From the IMG/VR virus record IMGVR_UViG_3300047666_001259, positions 32,001 to 96,000 of that record: a DNA stretch of 64,000 bases. One strand, given 5' to 3'. Below are positions 16,295 through 26,761 of the stretch, in pieces. Made by a program: the position numbers and the translations under genes. This DNA comes from a virus. The notes under the pieces are model-generated. The model had not been told where the DNA came from. It did not search any database and saw only the letters and a list, made by a program, of their open reading frames with translations. The first letter of the stretch is position 1. Every line of letters begins with the position of its first letter.

Positions 16295-17713
16295 ATGGGA
16301 ATCTACAGAATATATCCTTCCTCATCAAACACTATTGCTAACGGTAGGTATGCTACATACAACTCTAGCCAGAATGCCGTAGCCAATTTGTGGTATGGAG
16401 GTGGAATGGGTGCAAACACCTCTTTCCGTCAAAATACTTACAGTAGATTTATGATGCAATTTGACCTATCTACTTTAATGCAAAATTTTGCAGACAAGAC
16501 AATTGTTTCTGGAAGTGTATCTTCTTATAAATTAAAAATGACCAGTACTGTTGTAGGTGGTCGTGAATTAGAGAGGGAGGGAAGGATTGCAAAGTTAGAT
16601 GCAGTTATTGCTACGTCTTATGACCTTCTTGCTTTTCCGATCAATAAAGATTGGGATGAAGGTAGGGGTTATGATATTCTAGAATCTGAATTTGTATTTA
16701 CCCAATATGGTGTTCCTAGAATTACTGGTTACTCAAACTGGAATTCGGCAACGACCCTAACCGCTTGGGATGAAGATGGAATTTTTGAAGACCCATCAGC
16801 TTCTACAATTAACAACGCTACTCAACATTTTGCTTTAGGAAACGAGGATATTAATATGGACGTTACAGACATAGTTAGCTCTTGGGTTGACGCATCGGCT
16901 GCAAACAACGGTGTAGCGCTATCGTTTTTACGTCCCTACGAGCTTATAAGCTCCGATACACAGAGTTTCACGTCTTTCTTTACCCAACACACCAATACAG
17001 CTTTAAAGCCTCATATAGAGGTTAATTTCGATCAATTGATTGAAGATGATCGTTTGTATGTTTCTAATAATAGAACATCCAAGCTTTACCTCTACACTTT
17101 TAGTGGTGATTCACCAGCAAACTATGTATCAATTGGGTCGGTTGATATCACCGACAACGCTGGAACTGTAATTTATTCTGGTTTACCTGTCAATCAAACT
17201 GAAAGAGGAGTTTATTATGTGGAAGTTCTAATGAGTGGAGCTACTAGAGGTCAGAAATATAAAGACGTATGGAATGACGTTGTATTTAATGCAGGAGTAG
17301 ACTCAACAACATTTACTCAAACATTTACAATTAAAGATAATTACTACCAAAGAACTCCTTCGGTAAATGATTATTCAGTTGATATTTATGGAATTGAAAA
17401 TGGTCAGAAAATTGTAACGGGAGACAAAGTGAAAATCTTCTGCGATCTTAGGTCAAACTACCAATCTTTTAAAGCTCCTTCTAATCCATTTAGAATGTTT
17501 TATAGAATTGTGATGAATTCACAAGTAGAGGTTGTGCCTTGGAGTCAAGTGAATAGAATCGTTACGGATAATTGTCTTTCTCACTATATTGATCTAGATA
17601 CTATTTGGTTGCTTCACAACCAAAATTATAGAGTTGAATTTAAAATGCAAGAGTACGGAACCAACAGAAGGCTTCCTGAAACTCTTGAGTTTAAAGTAAT
17701 TAACCCTTTTTAA
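16295..17713 (+). CDS. putative virion protein with a DNRLRE/disaggregatase-like carbohydrate-binding region
   Basis: SRFMMQFDLS, WDEGRG, MDVTDIVSSW..NNG, PHIEV; TATTTAT upstream. Confidence 0.55.
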   Translation: MGIYRIYPSSSNTIANGRYATYNSSQNAVANLWYGGGMGANTSFRQNTYSRFMMQFDLSTLMQNFADKTIVSGSVSSYKLKMTSTVVGGRELEREGRIAKLDAVIATSYDLLAFPINKDWDEGRGYDILESEFVFTQYGVPRITGYSNWNSATTLTAWDEDGIFEDPSASTINNATQHFALGNEDINMDVTDIVSSWVDASAANNGVALSFLRPYELISSDTQSFTSFFTQHTNTALKPHIEVNFDQLIEDDRLYVSNNRTSKLYLYTFSGDSPANYVSIGSVDITDNAGTVIYSGLPVNQTERGVYYVEVLMSGATRGQKYKDVWNDVVFNAGVDSTTFTQTFTIKDNYYQRTPSVNDYSVDIYGIENGQKIVTGDKVKIFCDLRSNYQSFKAPSNPFRMFYRIVMNSQVEVVPWSQVNRIVTDNCLSHYIDLDTIWLLHNQNYRVEFKMQEYGTNRRLPETLEFKVINPF

Positions 17714-18137
17714 TAGCGGCTCTAGGCTCAAGGTCTCCTTGTAACATTCTCCTAAGGGAGCTAACAATGTCTTCTTCAAATTGTTTTACGTAATCCTGCG
17801 CCTCATTGCAATAGCTGGAAATAATCTCATAATTTCTATAAGAACTATCTGATTCAATTCCCCACAATACTCTGATCCCAGTTTCTTTAGACAAAACTTG
17901 TAAATCCATTATGTAAATTTTGTTGGAATCTTTTAGGCTTGATTTATCTAATTCTTCGAAGAAAGGAATCACCTCTTCCTCAACTTCTAAACAATCATTG
18001 TCGCTAAAAAAAACAAAGTTAACTTTATAGTTTTTTATTAAGCGCTTTATATCTCTTTTACTTGAATCCGTTATCTCGTAGTTCTGTTTCATTTGGGTAT
18101 CCTGTTTTTTTGTAACACGTTGTACAATACTTGTAGA
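17700..18137 (-). CDS. hypothetical protein
   Basis: ORF track 17700..18188; true start uncertain. Confidence 0.5.
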   Translation of the reverse strand, partial: STSIVQRVTKKQDTQMKQNYEITDSSKRDIKRLIKNYKVNFVFFSDNDCLEVEEEVIPFFEELDKSSLKDSNKIYIMDLQVLSKETGIRVLWGIESDSSYRNYEIISSYCNEAQDYVKQFEEDIVSSLRRMLQGDLEPRAAIKKG

Positions 18138-18297
18138 CATTGTTGCTCTCCCCAAATTTAAGCATTTTTTCTGAATGATTACAATCATTTTGAAAAATAG
18201 TTAATTCTTCTTGAAGAATCGCCATCTGCTTTATAATTTCAGAACACCTTTCATGCCTGTTTACTTTTTGAACCTTAGGTTCGCTATTCTTTCTCAT
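18058..18297 (-). CDS. small protein with C..H and CxxC
   Basis: 79 aa ORF. Confidence 0.55.
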   Translation of the reverse strand: MRKNSEPKVQKVNRHERCSEIIKQMAILQEELTIFQNDCNHSEKMLKFGESNNVYKYCTTCYKKTGYPNETELRDNGFK

Positions 18298-18370
18298 GTG
18301 AGTCTAAAATACTGTAATGATAAGTACATTATAGATTTTTCTAACTCTTATGTTTCCAAAAGGAAAGGTT

Positions 18371-19306
18371 TTAGTTTATTCTTACATAAGAAGAAATTAT
18401 TCTCTGCAATTCCCCATCAACAGTGTATCTTGAGAGCTGTTCTGATAGAGACGTTGGAGCTAATGGGCTTTGTGGAGTGTGAATATGAGTCAACAACAAC
18501 CTGATCATCAAATCAAGCAATTTAATCAACTCATCACCTTTAACGGAAGGGCTTAATGAGTTAGCTAAATCTCCAAAAGAACTTAAATTATCATTTTTCT
18601 CAAACTTCGCAATACTCTTGTCTCTAAATTTACCTAAATGAGAATATAGATTAATTACTGTTGATGTAAGGTCAGATTTCGAATAAGCTTTTAACTCAAC
18701 ATCTTCATCAGTGTTTTCTTTTTGAGAAATACTAAGGAAAGCAGGTGTTTTGGTGTTTGGTTGTAAAGTTCCTTTTTCAAAAGCTCCCGCCACCAGTCTA
18801 ACTTCTTTTGATTTCAGTATTACCCAAGCATCATCACGACCTTCTAATCCTACATCAAAACCTTTAGGGATATCTAAATTACTTAAATCTTTACTTGAAA
18901 TCTGAGCTTTAGAATTTGTAGCTGTATCCTTATATATGTTCTTAGCACTAGAATAGGATTCAATCTTGTGTTGAAATTGAGAAGTGTGGACTGGCCCTGA
19001 CCAGTATCTGATTCCCGTATTATTCTTTGGGTCTTCTAAAAATACAAAGACCATTTCACCTACTCTAGGTTTAGAATAAATAAAAGAACTCTTCAAAGGT
19101 ACACACCAAGGAAGTTCATTGACATTCTTAGCCAAACGATCACGATCATCAATCCTTACTTTGATCCTACCTTGAGCCAAAGGGTCATCAACAAACTCTA
19201 CTTTAGCAGGGTAGACGTTTCTAAAATTAGCATCACCCTTGCTTGAGTAGCTTTTTTGACCCTGAATATTCAGGTTATGTCGCATCTGCTCATCAAATCC
19301 ACTCAT
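18371..19306 (-). CDS. baseplate hub/central spike (gp5/gpV-like OB-fold)
   Basis: DDPLAQGRIKVRI, LPWCVPL, PRVGEMVFVF; C-terminal HIH metal-binding apex motif. Confidence 0.85.
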   Translation of the reverse strand: MSGFDEQMRHNLNIQGQKSYSSKGDANFRNVYPAKVEFVDDPLAQGRIKVRIDDRDRLAKNVNELPWCVPLKSSFIYSKPRVGEMVFVFLEDPKNNTGIRYWSGPVHTSQFQHKIESYSSAKNIYKDTATNSKAQISSKDLSNLDIPKGFDVGLEGRDDAWVILKSKEVRLVAGAFEKGTLQPNTKTPAFLSISQKENTDEDVELKAYSKSDLTSTVINLYSHLGKFRDKSIAKFEKNDNLSSFGDLANSLSPSVKGDELIKLLDLMIRLLLTHIHTPQSPLAPTSLSEQLSRYTVDGELQRIISSYVRIN

Positions 19307-19515
19307 TACAATTGATTTATTAGTTCACTATGATTGTGACTTAGTTTATTTAAATCCTCAATACTCTTTACTACCGCTAAACGAATAATTTCCTTTTTTT
19401 CAATAGTTTCCTCTTTATCAAGGTCATCACACATCTCAAGGATTAAGTCCCTCAGAGATATAATTTCTTTTTCAACATTCTTTGCTGATTTTAATATTTT
19501 ATCTTTTCCGATCAT
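19306..19515 (-). CDS. hypothetical coiled-coil protein
   Basis: Overlapping start/stop coupling. Confidence 0.6.
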   Translation of the reverse strand: MIGKDKILKSAKNVEKEIISLRDLILEMCDDLDKEETIEKKEIIRLAVVKSIEDLNKLSHNHSELINQL

Positions 19516-19922
19516 CTTGCTATTCCAATTCCAGTGTGAGGTGCAATTGTGGCTCCAACTACTGAGATTGGCCCACCTGCATTAGCTCCGTTTGCATTTA
19601 ACAAAGCTCCTTGATCTAATACTACATCAACTCTCATTTGACCTTGAAGGTGGTCAACAACTTCTTCGCACATCACTTTTACAAATGCCTCGAATACATT
19701 TGGTGTTCCGTCAGCAAGAACTCCTGTAGGGATTCCCGCTTCATCAAATCTTGAAACTATGGAAGAAGAAAGTAGTTGAGAGTTCAGCCCGGGTCTACCC
19801 TTTGCCATCAATATCTGTCCAATAGAAAGTCTAGGGACAGGAATCCTATCCTCTTCCAACATGAACAAAAGAAAGTTTGCCACCTCCTCTGATTTATTTA
19901 ATCCTTGATCTATTTTTAACAT
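19512..19922 (-). CDS. putative baseplate-associated protein
   Basis: Gly-rich C-terminus GANAGGPISVVG; lies next to the spike gene. Confidence 0.5.
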   Translation of the reverse strand: MLKIDQGLNKSEEVANFLLFMLEEDRIPVPRLSIGQILMAKGRPGLNSQLLSSSIVSRFDEAGIPTGVLADGTPNVFEAFVKVMCEEVVDHLQGQMRVDVVLDQGALLNANGANAGGPISVVGATIAPHTGIGIAR

Positions 19923-19931
19923 CTTGTTTTT

Positions 19932-21197
19932 TTAAGCGGTTGGTATTGGTACTATGGTTGCTAAAGTCGATGCAGCAGCGGCAAATTTTCTTGCTTTCTC
20001 TGCCGTTTCAGCAACGTCTCCCAGCATTCCAAACCTAGCCTTTATTTTTTCAGCCTTTCTTCTTTGTCTTTCTAAGAAAGTTCTAGCAAAATAGTTTGTC
20101 ACTAATCTTTTGAAAACTTTGATTACTTCCAACAAGATAATTGCTAACAACCCTTTTAGTAGAAGGTTTAATATTCTTTCGGAGAATTCAGCTTTTTCTT
20201 GGTTGTCTGGGTCGTTTATAATAGAGCAGGGATCAGAAAGTAAACTATCCTTTGTTACATTAACTCCCGCAGGAGTTGATTGAATAGCGTCCATAATTGG
20301 ATCAATATAAGCGTAAATTATAGTAGAAAAATATCCAATCAACTTCTCTATTAATATTCTGAAGAAACTTTTACCAGCCTTATTAGCGTTCTGTTCGTTA
20401 TTAATTCCTTGTGTTTGACTTTGAACGTAATTCACCATCACCTCCATACTTTGAGCTGGAGTCACAGCTTGACCTTCTATGGTTTCTGTTCCTCCTCCTT
20501 CAAAAATAAAAGATGGGTCTTCTGGTAATTTAATCTTTATTGTCTGACAATTTATCTCAAACTCTACTTGCCCAGCCTCTAATTGTCTTTTTAAAGCTAT
20601 TCTATTGTATTCTAAATCTTGATCCTTAACAATTGCTTTGTTTGATAAATCAAAATTCGAAGCAGCGCATACAGCTGCATTAATAAGCCTATCTCTTTCA
20701 GCAGCACTAGGATTTAAATATTCTCCCGCTGGTGAGTCCTTCCCTCCAAATATCATTAAAGCTAAATCTTTAGCCATCTGTTGCTTAAAAGTTTCTAGAA
20801 AATTAGTCGGCATCACAGCACTAAAATAAGCCATGTTTTGTGACTTAAAACTTGAGGCAGTTTCTGCGTCTATTGCACCTGATTGATTGATGTTTGGTAA
20901 AGAAATCCCCTTCTTAGAGAGAGTTTCTGCCAACCCATCTAGAACAGTATCTTCTAAAAAACTTGATCCAGCACCAAAAAGCCTATCAATAAAAACCAAA
21001 AACAATACCTCAGGTTGAATACCCATACTCTCCATCACTTTGTTTAGATAATCAAACATAGAAACTTGTTGAAATTTCGGAATGTTTATCTGCTTAAACA
21101 AAGGAATGTTTAACAGGTTTTTCATCGAAGATATTTTCGATACAAGTTCTGACTGAGAACTTGTTAAAGGATTTTGGGCTGGTACGTTAAAAGCCAT
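19932..21197 (-). CDS. putative structural protein (helical)
   Basis: 421 aa, in the late operon. Confidence 0.5.
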   Translation of the reverse strand: MAFNVPAQNPLTSSQSELVSKISSMKNLLNIPLFKQINIPKFQQVSMFDYLNKVMESMGIQPEVLFLVFIDRLFGAGSSFLEDTVLDGLAETLSKKGISLPNINQSGAIDAETASSFKSQNMAYFSAVMPTNFLETFKQQMAKDLALMIFGGKDSPAGEYLNPSAAERDRLINAAVCAASNFDLSNKAIVKDQDLEYNRIALKRQLEAGQVEFEINCQTIKIKLPEDPSFIFEGGGTETIEGQAVTPAQSMEVMVNYVQSQTQGINNEQNANKAGKSFFRILIEKLIGYFSTIIYAYIDPIMDAIQSTPAGVNVTKDSLLSDPCSIINDPDNQEKAEFSERILNLLLKGLLAIILLEVIKVFKRLVTNYFARTFLERQRRKAEKIKARFGMLGDVAETAEKARKFAAAASTLATIVPIPTA

Positions 21198-21622
21198 TAT
21201 CTTTCTTTATTGTTGTCGTTATCTATTTTTCTCTTTTCTTTCTTTGATCTCCTACCGTCTCTCATGTCTTTTGCCATTTCAGCAAAAAGCTCTCTCTCTT
21301 CAAGAGTGACAGCAGAAGCTTGAGTCGATTCATCTAATTCGCTATATGCAATCTTCTGGATCGAATTTGCTATATCAATGATTGATGATGACGACTTCGA
21401 AGCAAGCTCTAAATAAGAGATTGCTGTCTTACCAAGCATGGCAATCATTTCTCCCTCATCCATTTCGTTTGCAGCCGCTCGGTACATATCCATTGATTCA
21501 TTTCTTTCTTCCATTTTAAGCTTAATGGCATAGTTCATCAGTTCGGTATAAGAGTCTTTGGTAGTTTCGACTACAGGAGTCTTACTATTACTCTCTTCTG
21601 GTGTTAAATTTTGATCTTCCAT
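21197..21622 (-). CDS. hypothetical protein
   Basis: 141 aa, TATTTAT upstream. Confidence 0.6.
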   Translation of the reverse strand: MEDQNLTPEESNSKTPVVETTKDSYTELMNYAIKLKMEERNESMDMYRAAANEMDEGEMIAMLGKTAISYLELASKSSSSIIDIANSIQKIAYSELDESTQASAVTLEERELFAEMAKDMRDGRRSKKEKRKIDNDNNKER

Positions 21623-21656
21623 ATCAATTTGTTTTTCATAAATAAAGCATTAAAAA

Positions 21657-22043
21657 TTATCTACTTTTAAGAAAATTAGTTTTCATCACAGCATATTTAA
21701 ATTCTAAGCTTCTTGTGATGTTTAATAAAGCGGGTTTACTTGCCCTAACAGGAGTCTCTCGGATTAAATATTGGATGAAGTGTTTCCTTGAGTGAATAAT
21801 CTCTTTCAATTCAGAATATGGCATTTCATTAAAGTCTTCAATTAAACTAGCCACCGTCTGAAAAAAGAAATATTTCTCATCGTTATCTGTATTCAAATAC
21901 ATATCGCAATCATGGTCTAACCCAGCTAGTATAAAATGATAAAAGCCAGCACAGTTCTGGTTATTGATCCCTGCGTGGCTTTTGTCATTAAATATAGTTC
22001 TGAGGAAAGAGTAAAAAATTGCTTGTCTTACTTCTAAATCCAT
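21657..22043 (-). CDS. hypothetical protein
   Basis: 128 aa, coupled to the sigma-like gene. Confidence 0.6.
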   Translation of the reverse strand: MDLEVRQAIFYSFLRTIFNDKSHAGINNQNCAGFYHFILAGLDHDCDMYLNTDNDEKYFFFQTVASLIEDFNEMPYSELKEIIHSRKHFIQYLIRETPVRASKPALLNITRSLEFKYAVMKTNFLKSR

Positions 22044-22918
22044 TATCCTTCTTCTTTCTTCTTTATAAATCCTTGTTTCTTAACTCGGTAGAAGGCTCTG
22101 ATCCTAGTTAGAGAGTAAGTGATATCTTTTCTCTGTAACCCAGTTTCTTCCGCTATCTCTTTATAAATATCAACTTTATTATAAGCTCCAATTTTATGGT
22201 GTTCCGTTAGGATATACACTAGAGCTTTTGAAACTGTGATATCATTCTTTGTCCACTTACTCTCTTCACCTTTCTCAATTTCTTCTTCAAGAAGAGATTT
22301 TATGTAGTGAAAGAGTTGGAACATGATATCCATTTCTTCTAATGGCAATCCCTCCTCATCTAAGCTCTCCAGTCTCTTCGCATCCACTTCTGGTTTATGA
22401 TCTTCATAATCCAAAAGTCTAGACTTAGTTTCGTGGGTCTTCTTTATTTCATTCATACAATAGTTCTTCGCCATTGTCCCGAAATAAGAAAAAGATTTAT
22501 GACCCTTGTAAGGATCAAAGTTTGCAAACTTGTCGTGTATGTGACCAAGACAGTCGTTGTGAGCTGTCCTTACGTCAATGTCATATCTGAAAAGTTTATA
22601 TCTATAAATGATATTCTCGACTAACCTGTTTAAAGGTTTTTCTAAATGCTTTATGTACAAGCGATTCTTCTTATCTTGTACTTCCTCGCTCATAGACCAT
22701 TCAATCTTGTCTTGAAACTCCGCCAGAGTTCCATCTTCAATTGTTGAGTCATAAGTTTCTTTCCTGTTTTCTAAGTACTGTTTCATCTTAGCAGTTAAAA
22801 ATCGAGTATCCATTTCTAAGAACACTCTCACCGCCTCTTCTGTTTCAGCTGTCCAGTATATTTTCTTCTTCTTTTTTTCAGGTATTACATTAACTATTGG
22901 TGCTGTGTTACCTGTCAT
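22043..22918 (-). CDS. phage sigma-factor-like protein (gp55-like late sigma)
   Basis: YWTAETEEAV, LVENIIYRYK, FDPYKGHKSFSYFGTMAKNY (region 2-like), C-terminal HTH-like IAEETGLQRKDI. Confidence 0.65.
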   Translation of the reverse strand: MTGNTAPIVNVIPEKKKKKIYWTAETEEAVRVFLEMDTRFLTAKMKQYLENRKETYDSTIEDGTLAEFQDKIEWSMSEEVQDKKNRLYIKHLEKPLNRLVENIIYRYKLFRYDIDVRTAHNDCLGHIHDKFANFDPYKGHKSFSYFGTMAKNYCMNEIKKTHETKSRLLDYEDHKPEVDAKRLESLDEEGLPLEEMDIMFQLFHYIKSLLEEEIEKGEESKWTKNDITVSKALVYILTEHHKIGAYNKVDIYKEIAEETGLQRKDITYSLTRIRAFYRVKKQGFIKKKEEG

Positions 22919-23366
22919 TATATTTTTTATTTTTTTTAATCTTATAAATCTCGTTCATAACATAACTTTTTATTATTGTACTGTAGTAAGAGTAAGATTT
23001 ATATCCTATGTAGGGATTAAAATTTGTAAATTTTTCATATACATAACTTAAACAATCATTATGAGCTGTTATTATATCAATGCCATAATCGGATAGCATG
23101 TAACGATAAAAAATGTTTTCTATCATTTGATTTAAAGGTTTTTCTAATTGATTTTTGTACAATCTATTTTTCTTATCTTGCACTTCTTCACTCATTGACC
23201 ATTCAATTTTCTTCTGATACGATGCTAAACTACCTTTAAGACACCTAGTTAAAAATTGAGTGTCCATCTCTAAAAACAACCTAACAGATTCTTCCGTTTC
23301 ATCTGTCCAACATATGTTGTTATTTTCAGGCGGTGCAGTTTTTTTTCGCTCTGCGTTACCTCTCAT
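22908..23366 (-). CDS. truncated paralog of the adjacent sigma-like gene (N-terminal half only)
   Basis: Shares KIEWSMSEEVQDKKNRLY, LEKPLN, TAHNDCL with 22043..22918. Confidence 0.75.
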   Translation of the reverse strand: MRGNAERKKTAPPENNNICWTDETEESVRLFLEMDTQFLTRCLKGSLASYQKKIEWSMSEEVQDKKNRLYKNQLEKPLNQMIENIFYRYMLSDYGIDIITAHNDCLSYVYEKFTNFNPYIGYKSYSYYSTIIKSYVMNEIYKIKKNKKYNDR

Positions 23367-23368
23367 TT

Positions 23369-24331
23369 TTACGCTGTTTGTTCGATTAATTCTACTCTGC
23401 TTAAATCGTCATCGAAGAATACATAATCATCTAGAGCTGCTTGCGTCCAGTGTTGAATCTCTCCTTGAGTAATTCCACCATTTTCAGGCTTCAATTGTGT
23501 AAGGTGAGAAGGAATTTTAGAAGATTTATGAGTAAATGTATCGGTAGCTGTGTGTCTCAGCAAATAACCTACTCTTGGGATATTCATCACCTGAATATCG
23601 TTGTATACCATTCTCAAAAAGAATTCGTAATAGTTTGTTATTTTTAAACATCCTTTCATAGGATACATTAAACCATCTCTTTCCTCAATATTATCACTCT
23701 CCTCCACTAAAGATGACACTCGATAAAGTGCGCCTAAAGGGTGAATACAATTAAATCTACTCAATAACATATAGTCATAGTATCCTGCGGATTCAGCCAT
23801 GTTGTCTGCCCAGCAGAATTCATTAATATATGAAGTAAATGATTCAGCGATCATATTCTTGATCAAAGGTAGGAAGATTCCAACTTTAGCGTTTTCTTCA
23901 GCATATTTCTCTGCTATTTCGTACCACTTAAGAGATACTTCATCTTCACATTCAACAACCGAGAAATAATCATACCCAGAATCTACCGCTAGTTGGAACG
24001 TCTTATTAAAGATGTCCGCAAAGCTATTAATCTCGATCTGCTCAATTGTGTGATTTACCTCTGTTCCATCGAAATATTCGATTTTCTTTTCAGTTTCTTT
24101 TCCATCCTCATCTTCTCCGTCTACGAAAACAGAAATAGTAGGCTTCTTAATAACTTCAGAAATTGTCTCTAACTCGTCATCTGCAAAACCTTCGTGTAGA
24201 AATACTACATCAATGGGTTTGTCTTGCATAGAAAGTCCGTATAGACACTTATTTAAAAGCTCAATTCTTAAGTCTTTGTTGAGGTATACCCCAACAAGTG
24301 TATTAGTTTGTTTTTGCGGCTTCAAGCTCAT
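23369..24331 (-). CDS. GT-A-like glycosyltransferase (family 2-like, divergent)
   Basis: LNKCLYGLSMQ, FSVVECEDEV, GALYR, YEFFLRM..IPRVGY; likely start ATG 24331. Confidence 0.6.
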   Translation of the reverse strand: MSLKPQKQTNTLVGVYLNKDLRIELLNKCLYGLSMQDKPIDVVFLHEGFADDELETISEVIKKPTISVFVDGEDEDGKETEKKIEYFDGTEVNHTIEQIEINSFADIFNKTFQLAVDSGYDYFSVVECEDEVSLKWYEIAEKYAEENAKVGIFLPLIKNMIAESFTSYINEFCWADNMAESAGYYDYMLLSRFNCIHPLGALYRVSSLVEESDNIEERDGLMYPMKGCLKITNYYEFFLRMVYNDIQVMNIPRVGYLLRHTATDTFTHKSSKIPSHLTQLKPENGGITQGEIQHWTQAALDDYVFFDDDLSRVELIEQTA

Positions 24332-25511
24332 GTGTTCTTTCAGTTTTATATTCTTTAATAATTTCAAAAATTCTTTCCTTCTCACCACTTACGGTATAAT
24401 TCTTAAGAAGGTCTTCATAGTCAGATTGGATTTGTGGAACATCCATTTCTCCAGATAACCATTTTTCCAATGCTACACCTAAAAGTTCTACCATTTGGAA
24501 TATTTCTCCGTTGTGCGCCCAGAATCCATTATTATCCTTCACATACTCTTTTGAGCCGAATGGGAACCATCCAACTACGTGAGTACCAGAAGCCATTGAT
24601 TCTAGTGGTAATGTACCAAATCCAGCAATCTCATCTGTATACATACAGAAAGCGAATTCTGAAAGTCTTTCAGCAAACTCTTCACGCTTCAAACCTCCTA
24701 GCTCCACAAATCTCACCCATCTTAGGTGTGGGTTTACAGCACGGAACATTTTAATGATGTTCATTACTTTGAGATTAGTTTCTTGACCTCTTGGGGTCAT
24801 GAAAGCCACCATAGGCTTTTTCTTTGAGATTTCCTCTGGAAGTTGAAAGACTTCTCTATCGATCCCTTGACGAATCTTCTTGATGTTCATGCCCGGCATC
24901 GTGGTGTTGATAAACTCGGTAATAGCATCCGAAACAGAAACAACGTCTCTAATTCCGAAGTTTTGCCAGCTTTGACCATCCTGCATTCCAGTAAGGACAT
25001 ATGCCCAACTTTGCGCTAACACAATTCTCTTACAAGAAACTTGTGCTGTCATTTGCATAATATTAGGGAATCCCTCAGGGATAAACATAAAGTCTTCCGA
25101 CTGAACTTGAAGTGGCGTAGTTTCAAACGTAACTACCTTACCTTCCGAGTTGATCGTCTTTGCCTCTTTGTCTCCTAATGCTTTGAATTCTATTTTACTA
25201 ATATCAAAATCAACCCAATCAGCATTAAATGTATTAAAAATGTCTACTCTCTTTTTAGCTTTCACAGACTCTTGTTGTGATAAGTTAGGGTCGTGTTGTG
25301 GCTCATACCACACCTTGATATCATATCTCTCAGATAAGTGAGATGCCAACCTTAAGAGAACGCCAACGCCACCACTAGGGGTAGGCATTGCAGGACAATA
25401 AAAATGTACAGTGAATTTATCTCCTCTGATTCTTTCTACCACCTGATCGATTAGTTCGTTACGGCTAACCTCTTCTTTTTGGACTTCTTGCTCTTGAATT
25501 TCTTCTGCCAT
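24303..25511 (-). CDS. GT-B glycosyltransferase (family 4-like)
   Basis: PSGGV N-terminal motif; DEIAGFGTLPLESMASGTHVVG. Confidence 0.8.
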   Translation of the reverse strand: MAEEIQEQEVQKEEVSRNELIDQVVERIRGDKFTVHFYCPAMPTPSGGVGVLLRLASHLSERYDIKVWYEPQHDPNLSQQESVKAKKRVDIFNTFNADWVDFDISKIEFKALGDKEAKTINSEGKVVTFETTPLQVQSEDFMFIPEGFPNIMQMTAQVSCKRIVLAQSWAYVLTGMQDGQSWQNFGIRDVVSVSDAITEFINTTMPGMNIKKIRQGIDREVFQLPEEISKKKPMVAFMTPRGQETNLKVMNIIKMFRAVNPHLRWVRFVELGGLKREEFAERLSEFAFCMYTDEIAGFGTLPLESMASGTHVVGWFPFGSKEYVKDNNGFWAHNGEIFQMVELLGVALEKWLSGEMDVPQIQSDYEDLLKNYTVSGEKERIFEIIKEYKTERTHELEAAKTN

Positions 25512-25648
25512 AATTGTTTTATTTGGATTACTAAGTCAAACTTAGACAGCTAGGATTTAAAATTCAAGTTTTTTTTAAAAAAACTATTTAACCATGTTTT
25601 TTTTGATTTTCACGATCAATCTTCTTATTTTAATTAAAATTATACACA

Positions 25649-25864
25649 ATGGATTTAAATTCAGCAATTAAAGTACTTATCGACAGCACTCTTAAAGCTC
25701 AAGAAAGTGGGCTTTACTCTTGGTATGAATCAAGAGATATAGCTAACGCAGTTGACGCTATAGAAGAAATTTCTAGACAACAACAAGAAATATTAGCAGC
25801 TCAACACGTTAAAAAAGAAAACGAGCAACCAGCTATCCCGCCTGTTGCTCGTCCTCAAGAGTAA
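25649..25864 (+). CDS. hypothetical protein
   Basis: 71 aa ORF with A-rich leader. Confidence 0.6.
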   Translation: MDLNSAIKVLIDSTLKAQESGLYSWYESRDIANAVDAIEEISRQQQEILAAQHVKKENEQPAIPPVARPQE

Positions 25865-25872
25865 GTTTGATT

Positions 25873-26454
25873 TTAAAGGATTCTATACTGAGAATCCCTT
25901 TTTAGAATGAAGTCATTTTTCGTTTCAACGAAGAATGATTCTTTAATTGTGTCGTATATTACAGTTTCCTTGCTATCTTTACCTAGATCAATGTAAACTC
26001 CAACTACATTATCCCAATCTGCATTCCAGTGGTTTTTTCCGTAGATTTCTTTGTATCCATTACCTTCTAAGATAGAATTAATCTCATCGAGAGAATCTCT
26101 CACGTCACTCACCATCCCATTTCTAGCGGAAACCAGAATAGATTTCGTCTTGTTTGGGAATGACTCTAAAAGACCTTTTGAAAAGTCATCGTATTCAAAT
26201 GTGCTTTCATGCAATAACTTTTGTCTGTTGAATTCCATATCAACATGTTCAGTTAATGGCTTACCATTAACTGCTTTAACATTGTAAAGGATGCCATCAT
26301 ACTTTCCTTTCTCAAACGACCTTCTTTTAAACTTGATGGTTTTCTTAACTGTCTCGTCTTCTTTTCCTTCGTTAAGAATCTTAATTGTATTCAACGTCCT
26401 GCTTTCACGAATTCCGATTAACTCCAAATTCCTCTTTTTTCCTGTTTGTTCCAT
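25873..26454 (-). CDS. hypothetical late protein
   Basis: 193 aa, TATTTAT upstream. Confidence 0.6.
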   Translation of the reverse strand: MEQTGKKRNLELIGIRESRTLNTIKILNEGKEDETVKKTIKFKRRSFEKGKYDGILYNVKAVNGKPLTEHVDMEFNRQKLLHESTFEYDDFSKGLLESFPNKTKSILVSARNGMVSDVRDSLDEINSILEGNGYKEIYGKNHWNADWDNVVGVYIDLGKDSKETVIYDTIKESFFVETKNDFILKRDSQYRIL

Positions 26455-26488
26455 AACTTTTTCATTTCTAATAAATAGTTAAGGAAAT

Positions 26489-26761
26489 TTATTTTTTGCC
26501 ACTTTTAATGTTATCGAGATTGATATTCAACCCACTTAACATGCCGTTATCTTGCACTTTATCATTCTGGCTTCTAATCCCTTTCTTTTGATCAGTAAAG
26601 GCTGTTTCTAGTATTGTTTCTATGATCTCGGAAGAAACCCCTATTAATCTATTTTTCATTTGGTCTGCATCTAAACCCTCTTCGTTATTATGCCAGCTTG
26701 CTATCTTAAAATAAGTTAGCTTAACAAGCTCGTCCATGTCAATCTGTATTTCTTTCATCAT
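26489..26761 (-). CDS. hypothetical protein
   Basis: ORF track. Confidence 0.55.
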   Translation of the reverse strand: MMKEIQIDMDELVKLTYFKIASWHNNEEGLDADQMKNRLIGVSSEIIETILETAFTDQKKGIRSQNDKVQDNGMLSGLNINLDNIKSGKK

